A stretch of 64,000 bases of DNA from an uncultured Dehalococcoidales bacterium (GCA_964549635.1 CAZJVJ010000002.1:40567-104566), one strand, 5' to 3'. Shown: positions 1-10,322, counted from the stretch's first letter. Notes: generated by a model not told the origin, from the sequence alone. Made by a program: numbers and translations.

Positions 1-1
1 T

Positions 2-475
2 GACAGTATTGTAGCTCCACTATTTTATTTCTTGATTTTCGGAGTACCGGGAGCAATAGCTTACCGGGTAGTTAATACCTTTGATGCTATGGTGGGGTAT
101 CATGGTAAATTCGAGTATCTGGGCAAGTTCGCTGCTAAACTAGACGACGTGGCGAACTTTTTACCCGCACGGATTACCGGGATGATAATAGTTCTGGCTG
201 CTTTAGTCTGCAAGAAAAATATGCCCCAGGCCTGGCGCATAATGCTTCGAGACCATAGTAGAACAGAGAGCCCTAATGCTGGCTGGACAATGAGTGCTAT
301 CGCCGGTGCTCTAGGTACACAACTGGAAAAGGTCGGTCATTACAAGCTGGGTGATAACTTGGAGCCATTATCATTAGCCACCATAGATGCTGCTCTGCAA
401 ATGATTTTTGCAGTAGCCATAATCTGGAGTTTTGTGTTCATTTTGGTTGAGGTGATACGTTTTGCTGCAGCCTAA
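2..475 (+). CDS. cbiB: adenosylcobinamide-phosphate synthase (CbiB family), C-terminal part; 5' end lies outside the window
   Basis: Frame open to the window edge. 'FGVPGAIAYRVVNTFDAMVGYHGKFEYLGKFAAKLDDVANFLPARITG' is the conserved CbiB core. It heads a run of cobamide genes. Confidence 0.8.
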   Translation, partial: DSIVAPLFYFLIFGVPGAIAYRVVNTFDAMVGYHGKFEYLGKFAAKLDDVANFLPARITGMIIVLAALVCKKNMPQAWRIMLRDHSRTESPNAGWTMSAIAGALGTQLEKVGHYKLGDNLEPLSLATIDAALQMIFAVAIIWSFVFILVEVIRFAAA

Positions 476-1559
476 ACCGAACATAAGTAAACTTGCCCCA
501 TGTATCCACGGTGGGATTGATTATGCCGAGCTTAAGGGTTTGGGCATCCCGCCAGAGGCAATATTAGACTTCAGTGTTTGTTGCAATCCCTTTGGGCCGC
601 CACCAGGCGTAAAAGAGGCCTTAGCCAGCGCCCCAATTGACAATTATCCTGACTCAGAGGCCAGCCATTTGAAACAATTGCTCGCCGAAAGGCTGAAAAT
701 AGCTGCCGACAATATTCTAATAGGTAGTGGCTCAACCGAACTCATCAGGTTGTTGACAATTGTCTACTTCGGCAGAGATGATTTAGTGCTTATTCCGCAG
801 CCAACTTATGGTGAGTATGAAATAGCCTGCCATATTGTTGATGCTCAGATATTGAAGCAACCGGTGTTGTCAGGGCCGTGTTTTCGTCTAAATATTGCTG
901 AAACAACTAACCTGATTCAAAAATACCGACCTAAAGGGGTATTCCTGTGCAATCCGAACAACCCTACCGGAGAGTACCTGAGTAAGAGAGAGGTCAAACA
1001 TATTATGTTGGCTATGAAAGATGGCCTGCTTATTCTGGATGAGGCCTATATTGCCTTTACTGAAAAGGCTTGGCTGTCACAGGATTTGGTAGATAATGGC
1101 AATCTGGTTATCCTGCGATCAATGACCAAGGATTATGCTTTAGCTGGATTGCGTCTGGGTTATGCCATAGCTGCCAAGCCGGTAATTTCTGCTCTAAAAC
1201 GAGTTTGCCCACCGTGGAATGTAAATTCTTTAGCCCAGAAAGCTGGAATTGTAGCCATTAGTGTGCGAGGCTATCTGGACGAATGCAATAAAAAGATAAG
1301 CGAGGCCAAAGCTTTTCTAGTAAGAGAGCTGGAGTGTCTGGGGTTATCACCAATACCCTCGCAAACTAATTTTTTCTTGGTTAAGGTGGGCAATGCTACA
1401 AAATTCAGATTGGCGTTGCTGAAAAAGGGGTTCCTAGTTAGAGATTGCACCTCGTTCGGTTTACCCGAATATATCCGTCTGGCACCGCGCACCTTGCCTG
1501 AATGTCAGAAGTTAATCGTTGCGATTAAGGAGGTGACTAGCGCGAACCATGTCAGTTAG
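462..1559 (+). CDS. cobD: HisC-like PLP enzyme, most likely L-threonine-O-3-phosphate decarboxylase CobD
   Basis: 365-aa ORF overlapping the cbiB stop. Aminotransferase class I/II motifs 'NPNNPTG' and 'RSMTKDYALAGLRLGY', plus 'DFSVCCNPFGPP'. Sits between cbiB and cobO. Confidence 0.65.
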   Translation: MLQPKPNISKLAPCIHGGIDYAELKGLGIPPEAILDFSVCCNPFGPPPGVKEALASAPIDNYPDSEASHLKQLLAERLKIAADNILIGSGSTELIRLLTIVYFGRDDLVLIPQPTYGEYEIACHIVDAQILKQPVLSGPCFRLNIAETTNLIQKYRPKGVFLCNPNNPTGEYLSKREVKHIMLAMKDGLLILDEAYIAFTEKAWLSQDLVDNGNLVILRSMTKDYALAGLRLGYAIAAKPVISALKRVCPPWNVNSLAQKAGIVAISVRGYLDECNKKISEAKAFLVRELECLGLSPIPSQTNFFLVKVGNATKFRLALLKKGFLVRDCTSFGLPEYIRLAPRTLPECQKLIVAIKEVTSANHVS

Positions 1560-1673
1560 GCATGATTTAATTTTGTTTATAATTAAGGAGGAATATGATA
1601 AAGCAGTTAATAAACGAGAAAATATTCTTCATTACAGCAACATGTCTACAATAATTAGTTTCAGGAAGGAATA

Positions 1674-2198
1674 ATGGTTGAAAAAGATTCTAAAGGTCTC
1701 GTTCATATCTACACAGGTGATGGTAAAGGCAAGACTACGGCAGCTTTAGGTTTGGCGATGCGCGCTGTAGGACAGGGGATGAAAGTAGCTTTCATCCAGT
1801 TCCTGAAAGGGATGCAATGCGGGGAACATTTTTTTATTTCACAGTATCAACCTTTTAAAATAGTCCAGATAAGTGTTGGCAACAGTTTCGGCAAGTCTAA
1901 AGAACAGCTAGGCCGGGAAGCCCAGCAGACACTAGCTTACGCTGAACACGAGATACTTAGTGGGGCATATGACCTGGTCATTCTAGATGAAATTTTTGTC
2001 GCAGTCAGCCAAGGCCTAATAAGCGTTAAACAAGTGTTAGATTTACTAGATGAGAAACCGAGCTCGGTCGAGTTAGTTTTAACCGGTCGCGGGGCACCGC
2101 CTGAGATAGTCCAGCGGGCTGACCTGGTTACTGAAATGCTCATGATAAAACACCCCTTTACCGATGGGACAGGTGCCAGACGTGGCATCGAATATTGA
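1674..2198 (+). CDS. cobO: cob(I)yrinic acid a,c-diamide / cob(I)alamin adenosyltransferase (CobO/BtuR type)
   Basis: 174 aa with P-loop 'GDGKGKTTAALGLAMRAVGQG' and 'LVILDE'. RBS GGAAGGA lies upstream. Confidence 0.85.
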   Translation: MVEKDSKGLVHIYTGDGKGKTTAALGLAMRAVGQGMKVAFIQFLKGMQCGEHFFISQYQPFKIVQISVGNSFGKSKEQLGREAQQTLAYAEHEILSGAYDLVILDEIFVAVSQGLISVKQVLDLLDEKPSSVELVLTGRGAPPEIVQRADLVTEMLMIKHPFTDGTGARRGIEY

Positions 2199-3286
2199 GC
2201 GAGGTGCTTAAAGCAATGGCTAGTTCTTTAGATAAAATACTTAAAGAAATAAGGCCGTTAGATAGTTCGGCAATGGCTGCTGCTCAGCGTCGTCAAAATA
2301 GCTTGACAAAACCACAAAATAGCCTGGGCAGGCTGGAAGAACTATCAATTCAAATTGCCGGGATCAAAGGCGAAGCCATGCCTAAACTGGAACACAAAGC
2401 TATAATCGTAATGGCGGCCGACCATGGCGTGGCTGAGGAAACTGTCAGTCTATATCCGCAAGAGATCACTCGGCAAATGGTTTTCAATTTTCTCAAAGGT
2501 GGTGCTGCCATAAATGTCCTGGCTGAACAAGTAGGTGCTCGCGTGGTTGTGGTAGATATGGGAGTAAAAGGTGGTTTTCAACCGTTGCCAGGGCTTATGT
2601 GTAAAATGGTCGATTTCGGCACAAAGAATATGGCGCATGGGCCAGCTATGACTAGACAGCAGGCCATAGACAGTATTGAAGCTGGCATTCAGGTAATCGA
2701 GGCTGAGCTTGGTAAGAGGCTTGACATTATTGGTACAGGGGATATGGGCATCGGCAACACCACGGCCAGCAGTGCCATTTTTTCTGCTTTCAGCGGTCGG
2801 CCGGCCAAGAAAGTCACCGGCCGGGGCACCGGGATAGGTGATAGGCAGCTCTCTCACAAAATCAAAGTGATCGAAAGGGCTCTGTCGGTCAATAAGCCGA
2901 ACCCTAAAGACCCGATTGAGGTGCTGGCCAAGGTTGGCGGTTTTGAAATCGGTGGCCTAGCTGGGGTTATGCTTGCTAGTGCTGCATACAGAATACCAGT
3001 AGTCCTTGATGGATTTATATCAGGGGCAGCAGCACTTATTGCTTCGGGATTATCGCCTCAGGTAAAAGACTATCTCATTGCCGCCCACCTGTCAGCGGAA
3101 GCAGGCCATGAATTACTGCTTCAATTTCTTGGATTAAAGCCGCTGCTCAATTTGAACATGCGCCTGGGAGAAGGTACCGGTGCTGCTGTAGGTATTTTTT
3201 TAGCTGAGGCTGCCGTGAGGACTCTAAGCCGGATGGCTACTTTCGCCGAAGCCGGCGTTTCCGAGGCTAAGCAACTTGAAATATAA
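2195..3286 (+). CDS. cobT: nicotinate-nucleotide--dimethylbenzimidazole phosphoribosyltransferase
   Basis: 363 aa with 'GDMGIGNTTASSA' and 'MRLGEGTGAAVG' CobT signatures. ATGA overlap with the cobO stop. Confidence 0.85.
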   Translation: MSEVLKAMASSLDKILKEIRPLDSSAMAAAQRRQNSLTKPQNSLGRLEELSIQIAGIKGEAMPKLEHKAIIVMAADHGVAEETVSLYPQEITRQMVFNFLKGGAAINVLAEQVGARVVVVDMGVKGGFQPLPGLMCKMVDFGTKNMAHGPAMTRQQAIDSIEAGIQVIEAELGKRLDIIGTGDMGIGNTTASSAIFSAFSGRPAKKVTGRGTGIGDRQLSHKIKVIERALSVNKPNPKDPIEVLAKVGGFEIGGLAGVMLASAAYRIPVVLDGFISGAAALIASGLSPQVKDYLIAAHLSAEAGHELLLQFLGLKPLLNLNMRLGEGTGAAVGIFLAEAAVRTLSRMATFAEAGVSEAKQLEI

Positions 3287-3301
3287 CCGGGAGTTTCAAT
3301 T

Positions 3302-4033
3302 TTGGGATTTTGGGCAGCCGTCCAGTTTTTGACTATACTCCCAACTCCGCTTCGTGACAAAATCACAGCCGAAACATCCGGTCAATCTTTAACCTATTTT
3401 CCTGTGGTAGGTTTAATTTTGGGAGCCATACTGTTCGGATTGTATTACGGGATGTCTTTGATTCTGCCTTCTTCGATAATATATGCAATTCTTATCGCAT
3501 CTTTGGCAATACTCACGGGTGCTCATCACCTTGACGGCTTTATAGACACATGTGATGGACTTATCGCTGGCAAAAGCAGCGAAGAGAGGCTTGCTATAAT
3601 GTCAGACAGCAAAGTCGGCGCTTTCGGCATTGTTGGTGTAGTTGTTTTGTTGCTACTGAAATACGTTTCATTATCCGCAGCACCGACATTGCAGGCCCTT
3701 TTGCTTATGCCAGTGATTGGTAGATGGGCAATGGTGTCCGTTATTTTCACCTTCCCCTACGCTAAACTTTGGGGTATGGGGTTAGCCTTTAAGCAGGGGG
3801 CCACTTGGCGAAGGTTGACCCTAGCCACAGCTGTAGCTTCAATCGTATCTGTAGCACTTCTAAGGTGGTGGGGGTTAGTGCTGATAGCAGTTATCTGGCT
3901 TGTCATTTTCGGTGTCGGCAGTTATCTTTGTTCGCGGTTGGGAGGACTCACCGGCGATAACTACGGTGCTATGAACGAGATCGTTGAGGTTCTAGTGCCG
4001 TTGTTACTAGTCGTATTATGGAGGCTAATTTGA
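3302..4033 (+). CDS. cobS: adenosylcobinamide-GDP ribazoletransferase (cobalamin synthase)
   Basis: 243-aa polytopic membrane protein with the 'HHLDGFIDTCDGL' motif. TTG start. Confidence 0.8.
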   Translation: MGFWAAVQFLTILPTPLRDKITAETSGQSLTYFPVVGLILGAILFGLYYGMSLILPSSIIYAILIASLAILTGAHHLDGFIDTCDGLIAGKSSEERLAIMSDSKVGAFGIVGVVVLLLLKYVSLSAAPTLQALLLMPVIGRWAMVSVIFTFPYAKLWGMGLAFKQGATWRRLTLATAVASIVSVALLRWWGLVLIAVIWLVIFGVGSYLCSRLGGLTGDNYGAMNEIVEVLVPLLLVVLWRLI

Positions 4034-4161
4034 CGAAATATCCAAACTCGTTGAGCTGTAACAAAAACCTGTATTAAAGTATGTTAAAACGGTAGGCAAT
4101 CCGTTCCGAAGGTTGAAAAATAACTATAGCTACTTGGTCCTAGATATTTTGGAGTGAGACT

Positions 4162-4704
4162 TTGTCTAAGGAGTTAATCCTCATTCTCGGTGGTGCTCGC
4201 AGTGGCAAGAGCCGATTTGCTCAGGAGCTTGCTGCCGGAATAGGCGATAAGGTTCTTTTTGTAGCTACTGGTGAGCCCCTGGATGAAGAGATGCAGGCCC
4301 GCATTGATGAACATAGAAAGAACCGTCCGGAGAACTGGCGAACCCTGGAGGCCCGTGCTGGCATCGGCAGACAGATTAACAAACAAGCCGGCGATGCCGA
4401 TGTGGTGATTGTTGATTGCCTTACTTTGCTCCTGTCGAACCTGCTTAGCGATGAACCCAACTACATTGAGGCAGAGAACCGCGTGACTGCTGAAATAAAT
4501 GAACTCATCGCCTCTATAAGCGGATTAGGTGCCACCTTCATCATTGTCTCAAACGAGGTCGGTATGGGCCTTGTGCCCGACAATAGGCTTGGCCGTATAT
4601 ATCGCGACATGTTAGGCAAGGCCAACCAGCTAATTGCTCAATGTGCCACTGAGGTCTACGTAATGGTAGCTGGTATACCGACAAAAGTGAAGCGGAAAAA
4701 GTGA
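4162..4704 (+). CDS. cobU: adenosylcobinamide kinase / adenosylcobinamide-phosphate guanylyltransferase
   Basis: 180 aa with P-loop 'GGARSGKSRFAQ' and CobU-like 'VATGEPLDEEMQARIDEHR'. TTG start preceded by GGAG. Confidence 0.8.
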   Translation: MSKELILILGGARSGKSRFAQELAAGIGDKVLFVATGEPLDEEMQARIDEHRKNRPENWRTLEARAGIGRQINKQAGDADVVIVDCLTLLLSNLLSDEPNYIEAENRVTAEINELIASISGLGATFIIVSNEVGMGLVPDNRLGRIYRDMLGKANQLIAQCATEVYVMVAGIPTKVKRKK

Positions 4705-4749
4705 AAAGAATTGTTTTAAATTAATCGATTGCATTAGCGGAGGCGAAAG

Positions 4750-5061
4750 ATGAAATTCTGGGATTTAAAATCAGTGAAGCTGAATGAATTTCGTCCCGGC
4801 ATCTGGAGCAAAATAGAAACTGGGGCAAACCTGACCATGGCTTTCATGAAGATAGAGGCTGGTAATGAAGGTACTGCCCATGAACATCCCTTTGACCAAT
4901 GTGGCGTGGTAATCGAGGGAGAAATAGAGATGTCCATTGGTGAGGAGAAGAAATTGCTGAAGCCTTTGGAGACATATTTTATTACAGCGGGCACACGTCA
5001 CAGCTGGAAAACACTAGCATCGTGGGCGAAAATTTTAGATGTTGCGCCAAAACAGAGCTGA
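4750..5061 (+). CDS. small cupin-domain protein
   Basis: 103 aa with cupin motifs 'GTAHEHPFDQCGVVIEGE' and 'ITAGTRHSW'. RBS GGAGG 6 nt upstream. Confidence 0.6.
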   Translation: MKFWDLKSVKLNEFRPGIWSKIETGANLTMAFMKIEAGNEGTAHEHPFDQCGVVIEGEIEMSIGEEKKLLKPLETYFITAGTRHSWKTLASWAKILDVAPKQS

Positions 5062-5368
5062 CAGCTAAGATTAAGAATTGAAATCATCTGAATAGAGGCT
5101 AACTTACATAAGACCTGCCTATGTTGTGACTATCTAAGCGACTGTATTCTTATTTGCCCCGGCTCCAGTGATTGTTTAATCTACTTGATAGCTGCTGGCC
5201 AGGAGTACTTTCGAAACCTTGAATTTTTTGTGACATATATCGACAAGCCGGGCCCTGTTCATTTGAGATCGTAGAAATTCAATAATTTGGACGTTGTTGT
5301 GATATGGATTATTGTTGATGTGACGCTTCCATAAACTCTCATTCCCTCTGCTGGTTCAGTACAACGAA

Positions 5369-5397
5369 TTGACACCCAAGCGATGCTCTATTAAAAT
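5369..5397 (+). promoter_or_regulatory. candidate sigma70-type promoter for alaS (TTGACA-17 nt-TAAAAT)
   Basis: -35 TTGACA at 5369-5374 and -10 TAAAAT at 5392-5397. The predicted TSS would sit at the AGGTGA RBS (5404-5409), so the leader would be unusually short. Confidence 0.35.
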
Positions 5398-5415
5398 CCA
5401 AACAGGTGATAACAA

Positions 5416-8094
5416 GTGACCAGTGATGAAATCAGGGCAGCATTTTTACGCTTTTTCGAACAAAGAGGGCACCTGATTATTCCCAGTTCGTCTTTAGTTC
5501 CACACGGTGACCCTACTCTGTTGCTAACAACTGCGGGTATGGTGCAGATAAAGCCCTACTTTTTGGGGTTGGCCGTGCCACCTAGCCCAAGGTTAGCCTC
5601 GTGCCAGAAATGCTTCCGTACCACGGATATTGATTCAGTTGGCGATGCCAAGCACTTGACATTCTTCGAGATGCTGGGGAATTTCAGCGTAGGTGACTAT
5701 TTCAAGAAAGAGGCTATTGCCTGGGCGTGGGAGTTTATCACCGAGCATCTGCACATTGTGCCTGAAAGACTGTGGGTGACCATCTATTTAGACGATGATG
5801 AAGCGTTTAAGTATTGGCAAGAGATAGGTTTCCCTGAAAGCAGGATAGTGCGACTTGGAGAGGAGGATAATTTCTGGGGCCCTGCTGGAGATTCAGGCCC
5901 GTGTGGGCCATGCAGCGAAATACACTATGATTTTGGCGGAGAATTTGGTTGTGGTAAGCGTGATTGTCAACCTGGCTGCGAATGCGGCCGCTTTTCTGAA
6001 ATATGGAATCTGGTGTTTACTCAGTATGACCAAGACCGCAGTGGCAAACGAACTCCGCTGCCCAAGCCTAATATCGATACCGGGATGGGATTGGAAAGAA
6101 CAGCGGTTGTCATGCAAGGAGTATTATCTGTTTATGATACAGATGTTTTCATTCCTCTGCGTGATGCGGTATGTGATTTGGCAGGTGTTATTTATGGCCG
6201 TGACAAAGCTATTGATCAGGCTGTCAGGATCGTGGCTGAGCACAGTCGGGCGATTGCCTTTCTTATTGCTGACGGTGTGCTACCTTCTAACGATGGCAGA
6301 GGCTATGTTCTGCGTCGGATATTAAGACGTGCTGGTTTCTTTGGCCGCAAACTGGGCATAGACAAGACATTCTTGGGCACGGTGGCTGATGCTGTAATCG
6401 CCAAGATGGGGCATGTGTATCCCGAGCTTATCAAAAATCGAAGGCTTATACAGGAAGTGGTTAAATTAGAAGAAGAAAAATTCGTCAGCACGCTTGATGC
6501 TGGAATGAATCTTGTTGATAAAGCTATTGATGAGGCCTTAATGCAGGGAAGAGATTATATTTCAGGCGCAGAGGCTTTCAGGTTCTGGGATACTTACGGT
6601 TTTCCTCTGGAATTGACTGTTGAGGTTGCCCAGGAGAAAGGATTAAGTGTTGATCTTGAAGGCTTCAGGGCTGAGATGGAGCAGCAACGAGAGAGAGCCA
6701 GAGCCGGTCATAAGTTTAGCCAGCCCATTACTTCAAAAGGTGTGCCCTCAGTTGCAGAACTTGGTACCACTGCAATTGTACAGCCGAGCCCAACTAGGTT
6801 TGTAGGTTATGATAAGATGAGAACCCGGTCAAGGGTAACTTGCCTCTTAGATCAGGATTCGGGTCTTAGCATAGTATCTGCCAGCCAGGGTCAGAAAATT
6901 GCTGTTGTTCTGGAGGAAACACCTTTCTATGGTGAGATGGGTGGTCAGGTGGGTGACACTGGTAGAATAACTGCTGATTCCAGTCAAATCGTCGTGCATG
7001 ATACCATATGGTCTCCCTATGGCAGCTTGGCTGAAGGGGCTATTGTACATTTAGGTGAAGTTAGTAAAGGTACAATATCATTGGGCGATACCGTTGAAGC
7101 TGAGATAGATGTAAACCGCCGCCTCGATATTGCCCGAAATCATACCGCAACACACTTATTGCACGCTGGTTTACGACAGGTGCTGGGTGCTCATGCTTCC
7201 CAGAGGGGCTCTCTAGTTCATTCTGAAGGCTTTCGATTTGATTTCTCGCACCTGACTCCCATGAGCAAAGAGCAGCTCATTGATATCCAGCGTATTGTCA
7301 ACGAGATGATACGCCAGAATTTGCCGGTTAGAAGCAAGATTGTGACTTACCAGGAGGCCATTAATAGTGGCGCAATTGCCCTTTTCGAAGAAAAGTATGG
7401 AGAAAAAGTTAGAGTGCTGGAGATAGGTGAGCCTGCCATAAGTGCCGAGCTTTGTGGAGGGACGCATGTCAGATATACCGGAGAGATCGGCTTTTTCATC
7501 ATAACAAGTGAGGGTAGCATAGGTACAGGTTTGCGAAGAATTGAAGCTGTCACCGGGAGAGGCGCTGAGAAATATTTCCAGCAATGTCTTGGGGTATTGG
7601 AAACCGTAGCTGAAGAACTTAGAAGCTCGCCAGCAGAAGTTGCAGGCAAGGTAAAAGCTCTCCTAGCTGAACTTACGTCAGAACGCAAGCGTTCTGCTTT
7701 TATGGAGAAGGAATTACTGCGAGGTGCTGTTGAGACCCTGCTTAGTAAAGCAGAGCAAGTGGGTGGAATAACAGTTTTAGCGGCTAGAGTGCCAGCTATT
7801 TCGATGTCTGCCCTAAGGGAGATGGGTGATTTACTAAAGGATCGTCTGAAGAGCGCTGTAATAGTTTTAGGAATGGTTCAGGATGGAAAGCCTAATTTTA
7901 TAGCTGTCGTCACGCCGGATCTGGTGGACAGAGGGTTGCATGCTGGTGATATTATTAAACATGTGGCTTCAATTACGGGGGGTAGTGGTGGCGGAAAAGC
8001 AACAATGGCACAAGCTGGCGGTAAGGATAAGAACAAACTCGATGAAGCTATTAATACAGTAAAACAGCTAGTCAGCAAGTATGGTAACCTTTGA
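5416..8094 (+). CDS. alaS: alanine--tRNA ligase
   Basis: 892 aa with N-terminal 'EIRAAFLRFFEQRGH', 'FTTAGM'-type core, editing-domain 'HTATHLLH' and 'CGGTH', and a C-terminal DHHA1-like region. GTG start. Confidence 0.95.
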   Translation: MTSDEIRAAFLRFFEQRGHLIIPSSSLVPHGDPTLLLTTAGMVQIKPYFLGLAVPPSPRLASCQKCFRTTDIDSVGDAKHLTFFEMLGNFSVGDYFKKEAIAWAWEFITEHLHIVPERLWVTIYLDDDEAFKYWQEIGFPESRIVRLGEEDNFWGPAGDSGPCGPCSEIHYDFGGEFGCGKRDCQPGCECGRFSEIWNLVFTQYDQDRSGKRTPLPKPNIDTGMGLERTAVVMQGVLSVYDTDVFIPLRDAVCDLAGVIYGRDKAIDQAVRIVAEHSRAIAFLIADGVLPSNDGRGYVLRRILRRAGFFGRKLGIDKTFLGTVADAVIAKMGHVYPELIKNRRLIQEVVKLEEEKFVSTLDAGMNLVDKAIDEALMQGRDYISGAEAFRFWDTYGFPLELTVEVAQEKGLSVDLEGFRAEMEQQRERARAGHKFSQPITSKGVPSVAELGTTAIVQPSPTRFVGYDKMRTRSRVTCLLDQDSGLSIVSASQGQKIAVVLEETPFYGEMGGQVGDTGRITADSSQIVVHDTIWSPYGSLAEGAIVHLGEVSKGTISLGDTVEAEIDVNRRLDIARNHTATHLLHAGLRQVLGAHASQRGSLVHSEGFRFDFSHLTPMSKEQLIDIQRIVNEMIRQNLPVRSKIVTYQEAINSGAIALFEEKYGEKVRVLEIGEPAISAELCGGTHVRYTGEIGFFIITSEGSIGTGLRRIEAVTGRGAEKYFQQCLGVLETVAEELRSSPAEVAGKVKALLAELTSERKRSAFMEKELLRGAVETLLSKAEQVGGITVLAARVPAISMSALREMGDLLKDRLKSAVIVLGMVQDGKPNFIAVVTPDLVDRGLHAGDIIKHVASITGGSGGGKATMAQAGGKDKNKLDEAINTVKQLVSKYGNL

Positions 8095-8095
8095 G

Positions 8096-8515
8096 ATGCG
8101 TGCTATGGGGCTGGACATTGGCGATAGAAGAATAGGGGTCGCTATCAGCGATCCTGAAAAGATTTTAGCCAGCCCCCTGGTTACTATAATCAGGGATAGT
8201 GATGATAAAGCTATAAATGCTATAGTCAAACTGGTCGACAGGCACAACGTGGGGCGAATTGTAGTGGGTTTACCTTATTCGCTTGATGGTAGTATTGGTA
8301 GACAGGCTAGCAAAGTAATGGATTTCATTAAAAGGCTTTCCACAGCCACGAACGTGGAAATCGAAACAAGGGATGAGCGTTTATCCACTGTAGCTGTTGA
8401 GCGTATGCTGGCAAAAGCTGGTGTCAAAAGCATCAGATCGAAATCACGACGTGATGCTGCAGCAGCTGCCTTTATCTTGCAAGGATATTTAGACAGTCTA
8501 AAAGACTGCGACTAA
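8096..8515 (+). CDS. ruvX: YqgF/RuvX family putative pre-16S rRNA nuclease (Holliday junction resolvase-like)
   Basis: 'MRAMGLDIGDRRIGVAISD' is the canonical N-terminus. I prefer ATG 8096, just after the alaS stop, over the track start at 8081. Confidence 0.8.
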   Translation: MRAMGLDIGDRRIGVAISDPEKILASPLVTIIRDSDDKAINAIVKLVDRHNVGRIVVGLPYSLDGSIGRQASKVMDFIKRLSTATNVEIETRDERLSTVAVERMLAKAGVKSIRSKSRRDAAAAAFILQGYLDSLKDCD

Positions 8516-9390
8516 TGACAAGTTTTATTAGCGTTATAGGATACCCGCTGAAGCACACTGTTTCTCCAGTTTTTCAACAGGCCGCTCTGGATTATTACCG
8601 TCTTGATGTTCGCTATGAAGTGTGGGAAACGAAAGCCAGAGACCTAGCAGTTGTGGTAAATCAATTGCGACAGCCTAAAAGTCTTGGGGCAAACATAACT
8701 ATACCCTACAAAGAAGCGGTATTACCCTTTATGGACGAGTTGGATGACTTTGCCAGCTTTGTAGGTGCGGTGAATACCGTGGTCAATCGTGGCGGTAAAC
8801 TGGCGGGTTTTAATACTGATGGGTATGGCTTTATCAAATCTTTACGAGAGGAGGCTGAATTTCAACCGGCAAATAAGAAAGTGGTGATTATTGGCGCTGG
8901 TGGAGCTGCTCGTGCAGTGAGCTTCGTTCTTTTGCGAGAAGGAATAGATTTGCTGGCCATCGCCAATCGGACATTGGCACGAGCTGAAAGCTTGGCAGAT
9001 TCGCTAAAAAAATATGCTACTAATGAGGGAATTAAGGCTGCAATAATTGCTTTACCATGTCATGGATTTGAGTTTTCTAAGATGGTTAAAGGGTGTCATT
9101 TGATAGTAAACTGTACTTCATTGGGAATGAAAAATACTAATGAAGAGGGGCTGTCACCTTTAACGGGAGACTTAATCCCGCGAGGTGCTTTGGTTTATGA
9201 CTTAGTGTATAATCCTTTAATAACACCTTTGATGAGGATAGCTAAAGAATCAGGAGCTTATACAATGGGCGGCTTACAAATGCTGGTTTATCAAGGCGCT
9301 GCCTCATTCAAACTATGGGTAGGTAGGGAAGCCCCAGTGGACATAATGCTTTCAGCGGCTGAGCAGGCTTTACTTAAGATGCAGGAGTAA
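8515..9390 (+). CDS. aroE: shikimate dehydrogenase
   Basis: 291 aa with 'GYPLKHTVSPVFQQAA', 'GANITIPYK', 'NTDGYGF' and 'GAGGAARA'. TAATG junction with ruvX. Confidence 0.85.
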   Translation: MTSFISVIGYPLKHTVSPVFQQAALDYYRLDVRYEVWETKARDLAVVVNQLRQPKSLGANITIPYKEAVLPFMDELDDFASFVGAVNTVVNRGGKLAGFNTDGYGFIKSLREEAEFQPANKKVVIIGAGGAARAVSFVLLREGIDLLAIANRTLARAESLADSLKKYATNEGIKAAIIALPCHGFEFSKMVKGCHLIVNCTSLGMKNTNEEGLSPLTGDLIPRGALVYDLVYNPLITPLMRIAKESGAYTMGGLQMLVYQGAASFKLWVGREAPVDIMLSAAEQALLKMQE

Positions 9391-9393
9391 GGG

Positions 9394-10302
9394 ATGAAAA
9401 AGGCAGCTATCTTAGGCACATTTGTTCTGCTGGTGTTGGCTAATCTATCGATTGCCTGTTCCATTGGAACGAACAAAATTGCAGTAATCCCGCTAAGAGG
9501 ACCGATACAATCGGAAGGAAGTGGGCTATTTTTCACCACCGATGTTATTACTCCGCAGATAGTCAGAACTCATTTAGAACGAGCCAAGAATGATACTGCT
9601 GTGAAAGCGATTGTCCTTCAAATAGAAAGTCCTGGGGGCAATGTTGCTGCCTGTCAGGAGATCGTAAACGAGCTCAGGCGTGTGGAGAAACCTGTGGTAG
9701 TTAGTATGGGTAGTGTAGTTGCTTCCGGAGGGTATTATATTTCGGCGCAAGCTGACAAAATTGTGGCTCTGCCTGGTACGTTGACCGGGAGCATAGGGGT
9801 TATTGCTCAGGTCCCCAACATTAAGGGGCTTTTTCAAAAGCTTGGCATAGAGATGGAAGTGTTTACAGGGGGAAAGTATAAAGACATGTATGCTGGGCTT
9901 AGAGAGCTAACTCTCGAAGAGAGGATAATAATGCAGGAAATTACCGACCAGCTATATGATCAGTTTGTTCAAGTAGTGGTTGAAGGCAGAGGCTTGACGG
10001 AGGAGAGGGTTAGGGAATTAGCTACAGGTCAATTATATACGGGAGTACAGGCGAAGGAGCTGGGTTTGATTGATGAGCTGGGTGGAGTTAACGTAGCTAT
10101 AGAGCTAGCGGCTGGTTTGGCTGGTATCGAAAAGCCACAGGTTGTGTACTACAAGCGTGAAGTTCCTTCTTTACTGAGTACTTTGCTAGGGATGAATTTG
10201 CGGAATTTGAAGGGTCTAATTCGACTAGAGCCATTAAGTGTCGAAAGCCTTATTCTTCTGGAAATTCTGAATAACCCTTACCCACAGCCGGAATACCGTT
10301 AG
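9394..10302 (+). CDS. sppA: signal peptide peptidase SppA (36K type)
   Basis: 302 aa with an N-terminal membrane anchor and ClpP-fold motifs 'ESPGG', 'ASGGYYIS' and 'TGSIGV'. Confidence 0.8.
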   Translation: MKKAAILGTFVLLVLANLSIACSIGTNKIAVIPLRGPIQSEGSGLFFTTDVITPQIVRTHLERAKNDTAVKAIVLQIESPGGNVAACQEIVNELRRVEKPVVVSMGSVVASGGYYISAQADKIVALPGTLTGSIGVIAQVPNIKGLFQKLGIEMEVFTGGKYKDMYAGLRELTLEERIIMQEITDQLYDQFVQVVVEGRGLTEERVRELATGQLYTGVQAKELGLIDELGGVNVAIELAAGLAGIEKPQVVYYKREVPSLLSTLLGMNLRNLKGLIRLEPLSVESLILLEILNNPYPQPEYR

Positions 10303-10322
10303 CAAATCAGTGGTTAGGTACC

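Noticed and set aside
1-475. Cobalamin riboswitch controlling the cob operon
   Set aside because: The operon starts upstream of the window. None of the internal gaps (1560-1673, 4034-4161) shows the B12-box or the size expected for a cobalamin riboswitch.
5062-5415. Possible T-box or other leader upstream of alaS
   Set aside because: I could not find the conserved T-box sequence (GGTGGTACCGCG-like) or a specifier/terminator arrangement in the 354-nt gap. I found only a candidate promoter close to the start codon.
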